Source: an uncultured Verrucomicrobiae bacterium
GTDB taxonomy: Bacteria; Verrucomicrobiota; Verrucomicrobiia; Chthoniobacterales; UBA10450
Length of the DNA: 64,000 nt
Assembly: GCA_963735805.1 (NCBI GenBank)
Contig: CAVTMK010000003.1
Coordinates: 1-64,000 of the forward strand
Direction of reading: 5' to 3'
This document shows positions 29,394-39,332 of the stretch, piece after piece. A model generated the notes under the pieces. That model worked only from the letters and a program-made list of their open reading frames with translations. It ran no database searches and was not told where the DNA came from. The translations under genes were made by a program, and so were the position numbers. Position 1 is the stretch's first letter; the number at the start of each line of letters is the position of its first letter.

Positions 29394-30422
29394 CTAGATG
29401 CCGAAAATCGATTCCAGCGGAAGATCAGGATCGAGATGATTGGAAGTCAGCCAATCGCGATTGAAGAGCGTTGATTGATATTTGTGACCCGAGTCACAAA
29501 GAACGGTGACGATCGTTTGACCCGGGCCAGATTCTTTTGCGAAGCGCACCGCGCCGGCAACGTTGACACCGCTTGATAAGCCGAGGAACAGGCCTTCTTC
29601 ACGTAGAAGCTGGTAAACAATCGTCAGACCGGTCTGATCCGAAACGCGATAAGCTCGATCGACTTTGAGGCCTTCAATATTCTTTGTGACGCGGCCCTGC
29701 CCGATCCCTTCTGCAATCGAATCACCGTCGTTCGTCTCCAGATTGCCATTGGTAAACCAGGACCACATCGCCGCGCCATACGGATCAGCGCAGACAATCT
29801 CGATCCCCGGATTCTGCTCTTTAAGGTACGTGCTCACACCTGCCAGCGTCCCACCGGTGCCGACAGCTGCGACGAATGCCGTCACCTTACCTTCGGTTTG
29901 TTTCCAGATTTCAGGTCCAGTGCTCCGATAATGCGCGTCGCGATTGGCTGTATTATCGAACTGGTTCGCCCAGAACCAGCCTTGCTCCTCTGCAAGGCGG
30001 CGCGCAATGTGATTGTAATTTTCCGGATCCTTGTACGGTTTCTCCGGCACAGCCTTCACCTTCGCGGCGAGTGTACGGAGCAAATGCATTTTCTCCGGTG
30101 ACTGATTATTCGGGATCACGATAACGGTGCGATAACCTCTGGCGCGCCCGATCACAACAAGACCGATCCCAGTGTTGCCGGCGGTCCCCTCAACGATCGT
30201 CGCGCCTGGCTTGAGCAGACCCTGTTGTTCCGCGTCAGTGATGATTCCATAGGCAGCACGATCTTTCACCGACCCAGCCGGATTCATGAATTCCGCTTTT
30301 CCGAGAATCTCACAACCAGTCAGCTCCGACAGGCGTCGCAGTCGAATCAACGGCGTGTTTCCAACGTATCCGTCAACCCCGAAAAACCGTTCGGGGTGAA
30401 TCGCCGAGTATTTGGCAATCAT
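29394..30422 (-). CDS. cysK: Cysteine synthase family PLP enzyme
   Basis: GNTPL, KAEFMNPAGSVKDR, TAGNTG, GTGGT, LCDSG. Confidence 0.9.
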   Translation of the reverse strand: MIAKYSAIHPERFFGVDGYVGNTPLIRLRRLSELTGCEILGKAEFMNPAGSVKDRAAYGIITDAEQQGLLKPGATIVEGTAGNTGIGLVVIGRARGYRTVIVIPNNQSPEKMHLLRTLAAKVKAVPEKPYKDPENYNHIARRLAEEQGWFWANQFDNTANRDAHYRSTGPEIWKQTEGKVTAFVAAVGTGGTLAGVSTYLKEQNPGIEIVCADPYGAAMWSWFTNGNLETNDGDSIAEGIGQGRVTKNIEGLKVDRAYRVSDQTGLTIVYQLLREEGLFLGLSSGVNVAGAVRFAKESGPGQTIVTVLCDSGHKYQSTLFNRDWLTSNHLDPDLPLESIFGI

Positions 30423-30589
30423 TTGACCTGGGTTCCTTCGCGGAATTGTTAAGTCACTTCTTCCTTTTCGATAGTCACTTTTTGCAGCGTGTCGATTAAA
30501 CCGACAAATGCATTAGACCTCAGGTTTTGCGTAACTTTGAACGTTTACTCGTTGCAAGGTTACCAAGATTTGTGAACGGCCCCGGCAGG

Positions 30590-31288
30590 ATGCGTCTCAT
30601 TTTTTTGTTTGTTTTTGCTTCCGCTCTCATTTGCAACGCGGAGGACAAGGCGACCGGGAGATGGGAAGGCACGGTACAAATTCCCGCCAGAGAATTGGAA
30701 GTGGTTGTCGACCTTGCGAAGGCGGAGACCGGCCTGTGGCAAGGTTCCATTATCATTCCAAGGTTGAATCTGCCGGCTACGCAACTGGTTGACATTGCCG
30801 TGCAAGATTCAGACGCATCGTTTGGAATCAAAACAGGCCGAGGTTTGGACGCGGCTTTAAAAGGTCACTTCAACGCGGACGGGACGTTGTCCGGTAATTT
30901 CATGCAGGCCGGGAACCGGGCGGCGTTCACTCTCAAGAAAACCGGAGCGCCCCAGGTGGAAGCGCCCTCTCGCAGCACGCCCGTAACAAAGGAAATCGAG
31001 GGCGAGTGGAAAGGCGAATATCAGATTTTTGGAACTCCACGCCAGGTCACGCTCAAGCTTACCAATGGCGCCGAAAATGACGCAACGGCTGAATTCGTTG
31101 TCGTCGGCAGGAAAGTGAACAATTTGCCGGTCGATCTTGTTACCCAGGAAGGTGACCTGCTTACCATCGAATCAAACCAGACTGGGATTAGTTACGAAGG
31201 TCGGTTTAACAAAGAGGCGAACGAGATCAAGGGCACATTCATGCAGGGCCCGATCGAACTGCCGCTGGTGTTACGCAAATCGAAATGA
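30590..31288 (+). CDS. Secreted protein with two GxWxG beta-domains
   Basis: GRWEG and GEWKG repeats each ending G.F.Q. Confidence 0.7.
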   Translation: MRLIFLFVFASALICNAEDKATGRWEGTVQIPARELEVVVDLAKAETGLWQGSIIIPRLNLPATQLVDIAVQDSDASFGIKTGRGLDAALKGHFNADGTLSGNFMQAGNRAAFTLKKTGAPQVEAPSRSTPVTKEIEGEWKGEYQIFGTPRQVTLKLTNGAENDATAEFVVVGRKVNNLPVDLVTQEGDLLTIESNQTGISYEGRFNKEANEIKGTFMQGPIELPLVLRKSK

Positions 31289-32640
31289 ACTTGGTGATGA
31301 GACTGGAACGCACCGGATGGAAACCCGTCGATTGCCGGGTGCCAGCCGTTATCCTGGGCTTGCTCCTACTGTTTTTCCTCGGTGCCTCTTCACGCGCGCA
31401 GTCGATGTTCCGAGGCGACCCGGCGCACTCAGGCGTCTATTCCGGGGAGGGACCGCGCCAGTTTCATCGGGTGAAATGGAAGTTCGCGACCGGTAATCGA
31501 ATCGTCTCCTCGCCCGTTATCGAGAATAAGAAAATCTATTTTGGCAGTGACGACGGAAATGTTTACGCGATTGATGCGGAGAGCGGGCGTCAGATTTGGA
31601 AACGTTCAACACGAGGCCCGGTGCCTTCTACTCCTGCCGTCGCAGGGGGCATCGTTTACGTCGCCAGTTACGACGGGAACTTTTATGCCTTAAATGCCGA
31701 CACTGGCGCATTGAAATGGAAATTCGCCACCGGTGGCGAGCGCCGTTTTGAAGCGAAAGGGCTACACGGCATGCAGCCAAAAAATCAAACTATTGCCGAC
31801 CCGTTCGATATCTATCTGTCGAGTCCGGTAGTCGCGGACGGGGCGGTTTATTTTGGAAGTGGCGATGGCAACCTCTATGCCCTGGATGCGATGACTGGCG
31901 ATCTGCGCTGGAAATTCAAAACCGGCGATGTGGTGCACGCTTCTCCCGCGTTTGTAAACGGCGTAGTGTATGTGGGCAGTTGGGACAGCTATTTTTACGC
32001 CGTTGATGCGAAGACCGGCAAAGAGAAATGGCGTTTCCACGGTGGCGAAGACCCGCTCATCCATAATCAGGTCGGCTTCCAATCTTCGCCTGCGGTAATT
32101 GACGGAACCGTTTATACCGGTTGCCGCGATGCGCAGGTCTATGCGCTCGACGCCGCCACCGGAAAGGAAAAGTGGCGATTCGATAACGCGCTCAGTTGGG
32201 TCATCACTTCGCCGGCCGTGAACCAAGGCAAGGTCTTCTTCGCCACATCCGACTCGAGCCTTTATAACATGGCTGATGCCGCCACCGGCAAATCGCTTGT
32301 GCGGCAACAAGGCAAGGCATACATGTTTTCTTCACCCGCGATTGCCGGCGACGTTGCAATCATCGGAGTATTAAACGGAACGCTGGAAGCGCGGGACGCG
32401 AAGTCGGGCGAGCTGCTCTGGGACTACCAGACAGACGCATCGAAGCAGAACAAGGGCTGGGTGCTCACCGTCGATCGCAAATTCAATCAGCCGCTTTTGT
32501 TCTTCGACAACTGGCTCGAAGCTCCGATCCTCGCCCAGGATCGACAAGTTAGCGTCGGCTCAATTTTCTCTTCGCCGCTGGTCGCGAACGGCGTTGTTTA
32601 CTTTGGAAGCACAGACGGGTTCTTGTACGCACTCGAATGA
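31285..32640 (+). CDS. PQQ-like beta-propeller (BamB-type repeats)
   Basis: Repeated SSP..G.VYFGS.DG.LYALDA.TG..W. Confidence 0.88.
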   Translation: MNLVMRLERTGWKPVDCRVPAVILGLLLLFFLGASSRAQSMFRGDPAHSGVYSGEGPRQFHRVKWKFATGNRIVSSPVIENKKIYFGSDDGNVYAIDAESGRQIWKRSTRGPVPSTPAVAGGIVYVASYDGNFYALNADTGALKWKFATGGERRFEAKGLHGMQPKNQTIADPFDIYLSSPVVADGAVYFGSGDGNLYALDAMTGDLRWKFKTGDVVHASPAFVNGVVYVGSWDSYFYAVDAKTGKEKWRFHGGEDPLIHNQVGFQSSPAVIDGTVYTGCRDAQVYALDAATGKEKWRFDNALSWVITSPAVNQGKVFFATSDSSLYNMADAATGKSLVRQQGKAYMFSSPAIAGDVAIIGVLNGTLEARDAKSGELLWDYQTDASKQNKGWVLTVDRKFNQPLLFFDNWLEAPILAQDRQVSVGSIFSSPLVANGVVYFGSTDGFLYALE

Positions 32641-32725
32641 CATCCCCGGATGTAAGTGTTGGTTAACGACTCTCTCGGTCGTCGATCGCACTTACAACGC
32701 GCCGATCGCTATGCGCCGCGGGCGA

Positions 32726-33058
32726 TCAAAAACCCAAAGCGGACAACAACGTACTGTATTGATTGACAAAAGCGGCCAGTTGCGGATGCGTCGCTTCAAA
32801 GTTTCGCGCGGAGTCTTTGAGTTCGTGCAGGAGCCTGTTGTGCTGTTCCGGTTTCTTCTCGGTGCGAATTGTTTCCTGGGCCGAAGCCTCAACCAGCCGA
32901 GCGATGCTCCGGGCATCCTCATGGTGGGTCTCCGAAACCTTGGCTATGGCTGGCTTGAGTTTCGACAGCAAATGCAGTAACTCGGTTTTCCTATCAGCCG
33001 GAATATTTTCGGCCGACTCAATTGCTGATTTCGTCTTCTCAATATGCTCGTCAGTCAT
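32726..33058 (-). CDS. DUF4404-like protein
   Basis: FEATHPQL..LSALGF C-terminus. Confidence 0.7.
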   Translation of the reverse strand: MTDEHIEKTKSAIESAENIPADRKTELLHLLSKLKPAIAKVSETHHEDARSIARLVEASAQETIRTEKKPEQHNRLLHELKDSARNFEATHPQLAAFVNQYSTLLSALGF

Positions 33059-33203
33059 CTATGCGCCTTCCTGTGACTTCTCCGATTTCGCTTCCGATCT
33101 GCGGATACGGTCGAGTAGGAACCGCTTGGAAACAATCTCCACTTTCAGAAAATCCTTGCCGATCCCAAGTCGAAAAGGATTTTGCTCAACTCTTCAACGC
33201 CTT

Positions 33204-33722
33204 TTACCCAGTCCTTTTCGATTTTGTTCTCAGCGCGATTCGACTGGCCAGGGCGTTGAGGATTTCCGGATTCCCGAGCGCCCAGGCATTATCGATTCTC
33301 ATTCTGTTGAAGCGCCACTTATCGCCATCGCGCATCAGGTTGCAATCGTAGCGATTCATCAATAACGCGTATTCCGATCCACGGCGTGAACCCTGGCGTG
33401 GCAGGAAATGCTGCGACAAAACGTAGGCATACAACGTAGCTGTATCATCGACAATCTCGATTTGGAGATTGCTCACACTGTGACTGGTATCGAGCGGACC
33501 GATCAATGGAAGAATCCCGTTTAGAATAGCGTCGCGACCACTTAGTAGTGAAAAATCGATCTCAAGTTTTCTCCCAGCCGGCCTGAAATCGAAACGACAA
33601 TCCTCTGTCAAGGCCGACGCCAGCGAATCGGCATCGCCATGGTCGAGACCAAAAGCGTAACGATGCAGGGCGTCGGCAATCTCAAATCGATCGTGAGCTA
33701 ATTGGACGAGGTCCGTCTCCAT
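33204..33722 (-). CDS. SnoaL-like NTF2 protein
   Basis: DRFEIADALHRYAFGLD..TED..H.VSN..WRF. Confidence 0.8.
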   Translation of the reverse strand: METDLVQLAHDRFEIADALHRYAFGLDHGDADSLASALTEDCRFDFRPAGRKLEIDFSLLSGRDAILNGILPLIGPLDTSHSVSNLQIEIVDDTATLYAYVLSQHFLPRQGSRRGSEYALLMNRYDCNLMRDGDKWRFNRMRIDNAWALGNPEILNALASRIALRTKSKRTG

Positions 33723-33759
33723 TACCAGGTCGTTGGCTAATCCATTCCGAAACGTGTTG

Positions 33760-34713
33760 TCAAGATCGCGCGAGCTCTTCGATCTTTTTCCACTGCTCTG
33801 GACTGAGCTGAAGTTTCTCGGCTGCCATGTTTTCCTCGAGATGTGCAAGCGACGATGTTCCCGGGATCGGCAACATCACCGTCGATTTTTGCAGTAACCA
33901 CGCGAGCGCGAGTTGCACTACGCTAACGTTATGACGTTTCGCTTCGGCTTCCAATGCATTGCCGGTCTTCCGCAACGAAGCATTCCTGCTGCCGCCAATC
34001 GGCGCCCACGGAATGAATCCCATCTTTTCTTTTTCGCAGTAGTCGAGCGCGCCCTCCGAGTCGCGATCAGTGATGTTGTATTGGTTCTGGATGCTGACAA
34101 TCGGCATGACCTTTTTCGCCTGTTCGATTTCCGCGACTGTCACTTCCGATAATCCAACGTGCCGAATTTTTCCGGCATCCTGCGCTTTTTTCAGCGCGCC
34201 TAATGACTCTTCAACCGGCACCTTGGCATCGATGCGATGCAACTGATAAAGATCGATCCGCTCGAGTTTCAATCGTTTGAGACTTTTATCGACGCATTGT
34301 GACAGATACTCCGGGCGTCCGTCCGGCACCCATTGGTTGGGACCGGGTCGGGTGTTACCGCCTTTGGTCGCGATCACTAATCCTTTCGGATAAGGATACA
34401 ACGCCTCGGCAATGAGGAGCTCGTTCGTTTCCGGACCATAAGCGTCGGCGGTGTCGATGAAATTGACGCCCAGTTCGACTGCGCGCCGCAAAACATTCAC
34501 CGCGTTCTCGCGATCAGGCGGCCAACCCCAGATCCCCTCACCCGTCAATCGCATCGCGCCAAAACCGAGCCGGTTGACCAAAAGATCGCCGCCCAACAAA
34601 AACGTTTCGTCGCTTTTACTGGTACTCGCTGCCGCAATAATCCTCGGCAATCCACCGGTCAGAACACCGGCTGCACCGGCCAGACTTACTTCCAAAAATG
34701 TTCTTCGCTTCAT
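33760..34713 (-). CDS. Aldo/keto reductase with twin-arginine signal
   Basis: KRRTFL; RLGFGAMRL, IDTADAYG, DLYQLH, PIPGT. Confidence 0.9.
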   Translation of the reverse strand: MKRRTFLEVSLAGAAGVLTGGLPRIIAAASTSKSDETFLLGGDLLVNRLGFGAMRLTGEGIWGWPPDRENAVNVLRRAVELGVNFIDTADAYGPETNELLIAEALYPYPKGLVIATKGGNTRPGPNQWVPDGRPEYLSQCVDKSLKRLKLERIDLYQLHRIDAKVPVEESLGALKKAQDAGKIRHVGLSEVTVAEIEQAKKVMPIVSIQNQYNITDRDSEGALDYCEKEKMGFIPWAPIGGSRNASLRKTGNALEAEAKRHNVSVVQLALAWLLQKSTVMLPIPGTSSLAHLEENMAAEKLQLSPEQWKKIEELARS

Positions 34714-34995
34714 CCCCAAGTATAAAATATGTTCCCGCAATCAATTCTCAACTGTCGTAGACGTCTGTAATCGACGGCGTACCCCGCGGGCGAGCAGAGT
34801 CGCAGCGCTGTGAATATTTCATTCTGTCGTGCCGCTGTCATTCGGTTCTCTTGCCGGTCTGTTGTTTTGCCGAAGCGTTCGCGCAGCGCTTGCGTAGTCG
34901 AAGTGGCAAGCATTAACAGTCCGCCTTCGTTTGATTTCCGGAGCGACAAGGGTTGCGCCAGGCATCGAACGAGTGAACACTGCGCGCTTTCCGCA

Positions 34996-36972
34996 ATGCT
35001 GACCGTTTCTCAACTCTCGAAGTCTTTCGCCGGCCGCGCGCTGTTCGACGACGTCTCGCTGCAGGTCAATCGCGGCGATCGGATTGGGTTGGTTGGGCCA
35101 AATGGCTCTGGCAAATCAACGTTGTTTGCGCTCCTACTCGGTGATGTCTCGCCTCATAAGGGGACGATCGCGATTGAGAAGAACGCAACCATCGGATTTC
35201 TTCCGCAGGAGACCGCCGCTGCCGGAGACGAGACCGTACTCGAACTTGCCCTCTCAGTTTCGCCCGAGCTTGTGCATGCGCAGAAAGTAATCAAGGAGCA
35301 CGAAGCGGCTGTTGCCGGGAGCGCTGATCCCGGTGCCGACGCGGCTTATCACAATGCGCTCCATGTTTTTGACGAGCACGGCGGATGGGAGCTCGAACCA
35401 AAAGCAAAACGGGTCCTCGCCGGCCTCGCGTTTCGCGAAACTGATTTCGATCGCCCGGCTCGCGCTTTAAGCGGGGGCTGGATTATGCGGGCTCATCTCG
35501 CGCGCTTGCTGGTGATGCAACCCGACCTTCTTCTGCTCGACGAACCGACGAATCATCTCGATCTCGAATCTCTTCAATGGTTCCAGGAGTATCTGCGAAC
35601 TTATCCGGGGGCGATTGTCATGATCTCGCACGATCGCGAATTTTTGAATCAACTTGTCGGCAGCATCGTCGAGATCGCGCACTCGAAACTAGTGCGTTAT
35701 CGCGGCGACTGGGACAGTTACATCGAGCAGAAAACAGCGCGCGAAGAACAACAACTCGCTGCCTACAAAAATCAGCAGAAAGAAATCGCGTCGCTGCAAT
35801 TGTTTGCCGATCGATTTCGTGCCAAGGCAAGCAAAGCATCGCAAGCACAAAGCAAACTGAAACAGATCGATCGCATGAAAAAAATCGCGGCCCCGGTCGC
35901 GCGCGGAAGGACGATCAAGTTCCATTTTCCGCAACCGGTCCGCAGCGGCCTGCGCGTTATCACGCTGAAAGATGTCGATCATGCCTATGGCGACCTGGTT
36001 GTTTATCGCAGAATGCAATTTCACGCCGAGCGCGGTCAGCGCACCGTACTTGTCGGCCCGAATGGCGCGGGAAAATCGACTCTTCTCAAGTTGCTTGCGG
36101 GCGTGTTGCCCGTGCAGCACGGGGTGCACGAACTTGGACATAATGTGCGCGCGGGTTATTTCTCGCAGAACCGAATCGATGTGCTCAACGCGAGCCATAC
36201 CGTTCTCGACAGCGCACGTGACATGCCCAATCCCGTGTCCGAACAAACCGCGCGGACTGTGCTCGGTTCTTTTTTGTTTCGCGGCGACGATGTTTTCAAG
36301 ACGGTCGCGGTTTTGAGCGGAGGCGAAAAGTCGCGGCTGGCTCTCGTCAGGCTGTTACTCGATCCGCCGAACCTTCTGCTCATGGACGAGCCGACGACAC
36401 ATCTCGATGTCGGCTCGATCGATGCCCTTATCGGCGCGCTCAAGCAATATCACGGGACGCTCATCTTTATTAGTCACGACGTTCATTTTATCCGTGCCAT
36501 CGCCACAAGCGTTCTCCACGTAACGGCGGGTGCAAACCGCACGGGTGGAAAACTGACCTTTTACCCCGGCGACTACGATTACTACCTGGACAAATCAAAA
36601 GCAACATCCGCGCGTACCGCCCTAACCGCGGGCCGCGACGTGCCAGAGGTCAACGGTCGCGCCGAGGTGACGGTAAAAATCGGCTACGGTTCAAGAAAAC
36701 AAAAGGAACAGAAGCGTTTTGAAGCGGACGCGCGCAATACGGTTGCCAAAGCGAGACGCGAAAAGGAAAAACAGGTGCACGAACTCGAGATGAAAATCGC
36801 CGCGTTGGAAGGGCAACAGAAAGAACTAGCCGCAGCGCTGGAGGATCCATCGGCTTACACACCCGGTGGTCGCGCCACTACGATCAATCGCGATCTCGCC
36901 GCTGTCGCCCACGACCTTGCCCGACTGACGGCGGAGTGGGAAAACACCACTGCCTCGGTGAGCGCGCCCTAA
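34996..36972 (+). CDS. ABC-F family ATPase
   Basis: Two ABC domains (GPNGSGKS, LSGGW, DEPTNHLD; GPNGAGKS, LSGGE); no TM; C-terminal coiled coil. Confidence 0.93.
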   Translation: MLTVSQLSKSFAGRALFDDVSLQVNRGDRIGLVGPNGSGKSTLFALLLGDVSPHKGTIAIEKNATIGFLPQETAAAGDETVLELALSVSPELVHAQKVIKEHEAAVAGSADPGADAAYHNALHVFDEHGGWELEPKAKRVLAGLAFRETDFDRPARALSGGWIMRAHLARLLVMQPDLLLLDEPTNHLDLESLQWFQEYLRTYPGAIVMISHDREFLNQLVGSIVEIAHSKLVRYRGDWDSYIEQKTAREEQQLAAYKNQQKEIASLQLFADRFRAKASKASQAQSKLKQIDRMKKIAAPVARGRTIKFHFPQPVRSGLRVITLKDVDHAYGDLVVYRRMQFHAERGQRTVLVGPNGAGKSTLLKLLAGVLPVQHGVHELGHNVRAGYFSQNRIDVLNASHTVLDSARDMPNPVSEQTARTVLGSFLFRGDDVFKTVAVLSGGEKSRLALVRLLLDPPNLLLMDEPTTHLDVGSIDALIGALKQYHGTLIFISHDVHFIRAIATSVLHVTAGANRTGGKLTFYPGDYDYYLDKSKATSARTALTAGRDVPEVNGRAEVTVKIGYGSRKQKEQKRFEADARNTVAKARREKEKQVHELEMKIAALEGQQKELAAALEDPSAYTPGGRATTINRDLAAVAHDLARLTAEWENTTASVSAP

Positions 36973-37167
36973 CGAGGATAAAAATTGAGACGCGATCCGT
37001 TTTCGTGGCGCTTCTACCTCGGCTGAAAGTACAGAGCGTCAGGAAAATATGGCGTGACGAGTCTGCGCGACGCGTGATTGAAGTCGGCGAAGTAACGTTC
37101 ATTAGTGGGCCCCTTCTGTTGCTCGCGTGGAAGCGGCAATGCATACTTAATTCTCACCAAACCTAAG

Positions 37168-39057
37168 ATGCCAAAGACACGCCTAACTCATCGTCTCGTC
37201 GCTCTCTGGTTTGCTGATATAGCAGGCTACAGTGACTGTGCCGCGGAGGATGAACACGGCGCGTTGCAGTTAATCGAACTCCTTCAGACACTATCTCGCG
37301 AAACAGTGCGACGTTACGACGGTCGAGTAGTCAAATTCATGGGCGATGCGGTCCTCGCCGAATTCTCCAGCACTGAACGGGCGGTGTGCGCCGCGGCGGA
37401 ATTGAGTAAAGAGTATGCAGATCAGTCAATCGGAACCGCCCGTCTGCACAATTTAAGGATCGGTGTTCATATCGCAGATGTGGCTGTGGGCGCCGACGGC
37501 GACCTCTATGGGGATGGGGTCAATGCGGCGGCGCGTGTGCAGCAAGCCACCGAGCCGGGGCAAGTGGTCGTCAGCCAGGATGTCTGGCGACAACTGCGCG
37601 GCCGTACGGAATTTCAGTTCGAGTCGCTAGGCGATCGCTCGTTAAAAGGAGTCGGTCCGATCGGCTTGTACCTTCTTACTCTGAAGGAACCGGCTACAAA
37701 CGATCAGCCCTCAGGCGCCGGGTCAGGTAGCACACAACCTGCCAAAGAAAGAAAAGCGGGGATTCGCTCAATTGCTGTCCTGCCGTTCACTGATCTCAGC
37801 CCGCAACACGATCAAGAATACTTCAGCGATGGTGTCGCCGAAGAAATCCTCAATGCACTGACCAAGTTCGGCGGGCTCCACGTTCCGGCCCGGACTTCAT
37901 GCTTCGCGTTTCGCGGAACCAGCGTAGACGCGCGGGAGATTGGAAAACGTCTCGGCGTTGAGACACTGCTCGATGGCAGCATCCGCAAAGCTGGGAACCG
38001 ACTGCGAATCACCGTCCAATTGGTCGACGCGCAAAATGGATATTATCTTTGGTCCGAGCGGTTCGATCGCGAGATCGAGGATATCTTCGCTATTCAAGAC
38101 GAGATTGCGCGCAGCGTTCTGGATGCTTTGGGCCTTTCGCGGTCCGAGCGAGAGGAACGCCGTTTCCTTCAACCTCCCACAACGAATGTCGAAGCCTATG
38201 AGTTTTATCTGCGCGGACGTAAGCTTTTTCAGACTTGGAATCGTCAGAACGTGGAGTTTGCGCGACAGATGTTCGCGCGAGCAATTGCAATTGATCCGGA
38301 TTTTGCCTTGGCTTGGGCAGGGCTGGCAGACACCTACGTCGACCTTTATCGCTGGGGTCGCAATTTGCGCGACTTGGAAGAGGCAAAACGCACCAGCGCT
38401 CACGCGTTGGAGCTCAATCCAAATCTCGCTGAAGCCCATGTTGCCATCGGCCAGGCACTCGCCATTCAACGACAATTCAAAGATGCCGCAGTTGAATTTG
38501 AGAAGGCTATCGAGCTGGATCCAACTTCCTTCGACGCATATTACTTTTATGCGAGGTCTTCATTCGAAGCTGGAGATCTCGAGAAGGCTGTTCCGATGTT
38601 TGAAAAGGCGCACCGGGCGCGTCCGGAGGATTATCAAGCGGTAGCGTTGCGTGCTCTGACGTTACACGAACTAGATCGCGCCGACGAAGCACGCGAAGCC
38701 GACCAACAGACTCTGACTTCAATTAATAAATATCTCGAGGTCAATCCCAACGAAGCGCGCGCCTATAGCCTGGGCTCTAATTCGCTGGCCAGACTGGGAG
38801 ACCCTGAACATTCAAGGCAATGGTCCGAACAAGCAATTGCGCTCGCCCCAAACGATCCGGTAATTCTTTACAACGCCGCATGTAATCTGGCTCAGTTAGG
38901 CGAACATGAAGGCGCCCTCGACGGATTGGAACGCTCAATTGAGGCAGGTGTCGCAGTGGGAGACTGGATCAAGCATGACCCGGATTTCGAGAGCCTCCGC
39001 GACCATCCGCGCTTCCAGGCAATCGTGAAACGGATCGCGCCGTTGCAGGGCTCCTAA
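37168..39057 (+). CDS. Class III nucleotide cyclase + TolB-like + TPR protein
   Basis: FADIAGY, KFMGD, GDGVNAAAR; SIAVLPF..QEYFSDG; TPR repeats. Confidence 0.9.
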   Translation: MPKTRLTHRLVALWFADIAGYSDCAAEDEHGALQLIELLQTLSRETVRRYDGRVVKFMGDAVLAEFSSTERAVCAAAELSKEYADQSIGTARLHNLRIGVHIADVAVGADGDLYGDGVNAAARVQQATEPGQVVVSQDVWRQLRGRTEFQFESLGDRSLKGVGPIGLYLLTLKEPATNDQPSGAGSGSTQPAKERKAGIRSIAVLPFTDLSPQHDQEYFSDGVAEEILNALTKFGGLHVPARTSCFAFRGTSVDAREIGKRLGVETLLDGSIRKAGNRLRITVQLVDAQNGYYLWSERFDREIEDIFAIQDEIARSVLDALGLSRSEREERRFLQPPTTNVEAYEFYLRGRKLFQTWNRQNVEFARQMFARAIAIDPDFALAWAGLADTYVDLYRWGRNLRDLEEAKRTSAHALELNPNLAEAHVAIGQALAIQRQFKDAAVEFEKAIELDPTSFDAYYFYARSSFEAGDLEKAVPMFEKAHRARPEDYQAVALRALTLHELDRADEAREADQQTLTSINKYLEVNPNEARAYSLGSNSLARLGDPEHSRQWSEQAIALAPNDPVILYNAACNLAQLGEHEGALDGLERSIEAGVAVGDWIKHDPDFESLRDHPRFQAIVKRIAPLQGS

Positions 39058-39140
39058 CTGGATAGTCATGTCGTCTTCGTCGGCTTGACACAGTAAGCGA
39101 AAAACAGCCGATCTGATGGGAACTAAGCGAGTCGGCGGTA

Positions 39141-39261
39141 TCCGGATCGAATATCGAGTCACAAACGCGCGGGCGAGCTGCGGATGAGACGTTTCAAGAT
39201 GCTCAACGGATTGTCTTAATTCCTGCGAACTTGGGTTTACAAAACTCGATAGCAATTTCAT
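39141..39261 (-). pseudogene. Relic of a DUF4404 paralog
   Basis: ELRQSVEHLETSHPQLARAFVTRYS versus ELKDSARNFEATHPQLAAFVNQYS at 32726. Confidence 0.55.
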
Positions 39262-39332
39262 GTTCACAACCGCCGTCTGCGAGAATCCCGTCGCCGCGGT
39301 GATCTATTATCGTCACCATACTTCGCGCCATC

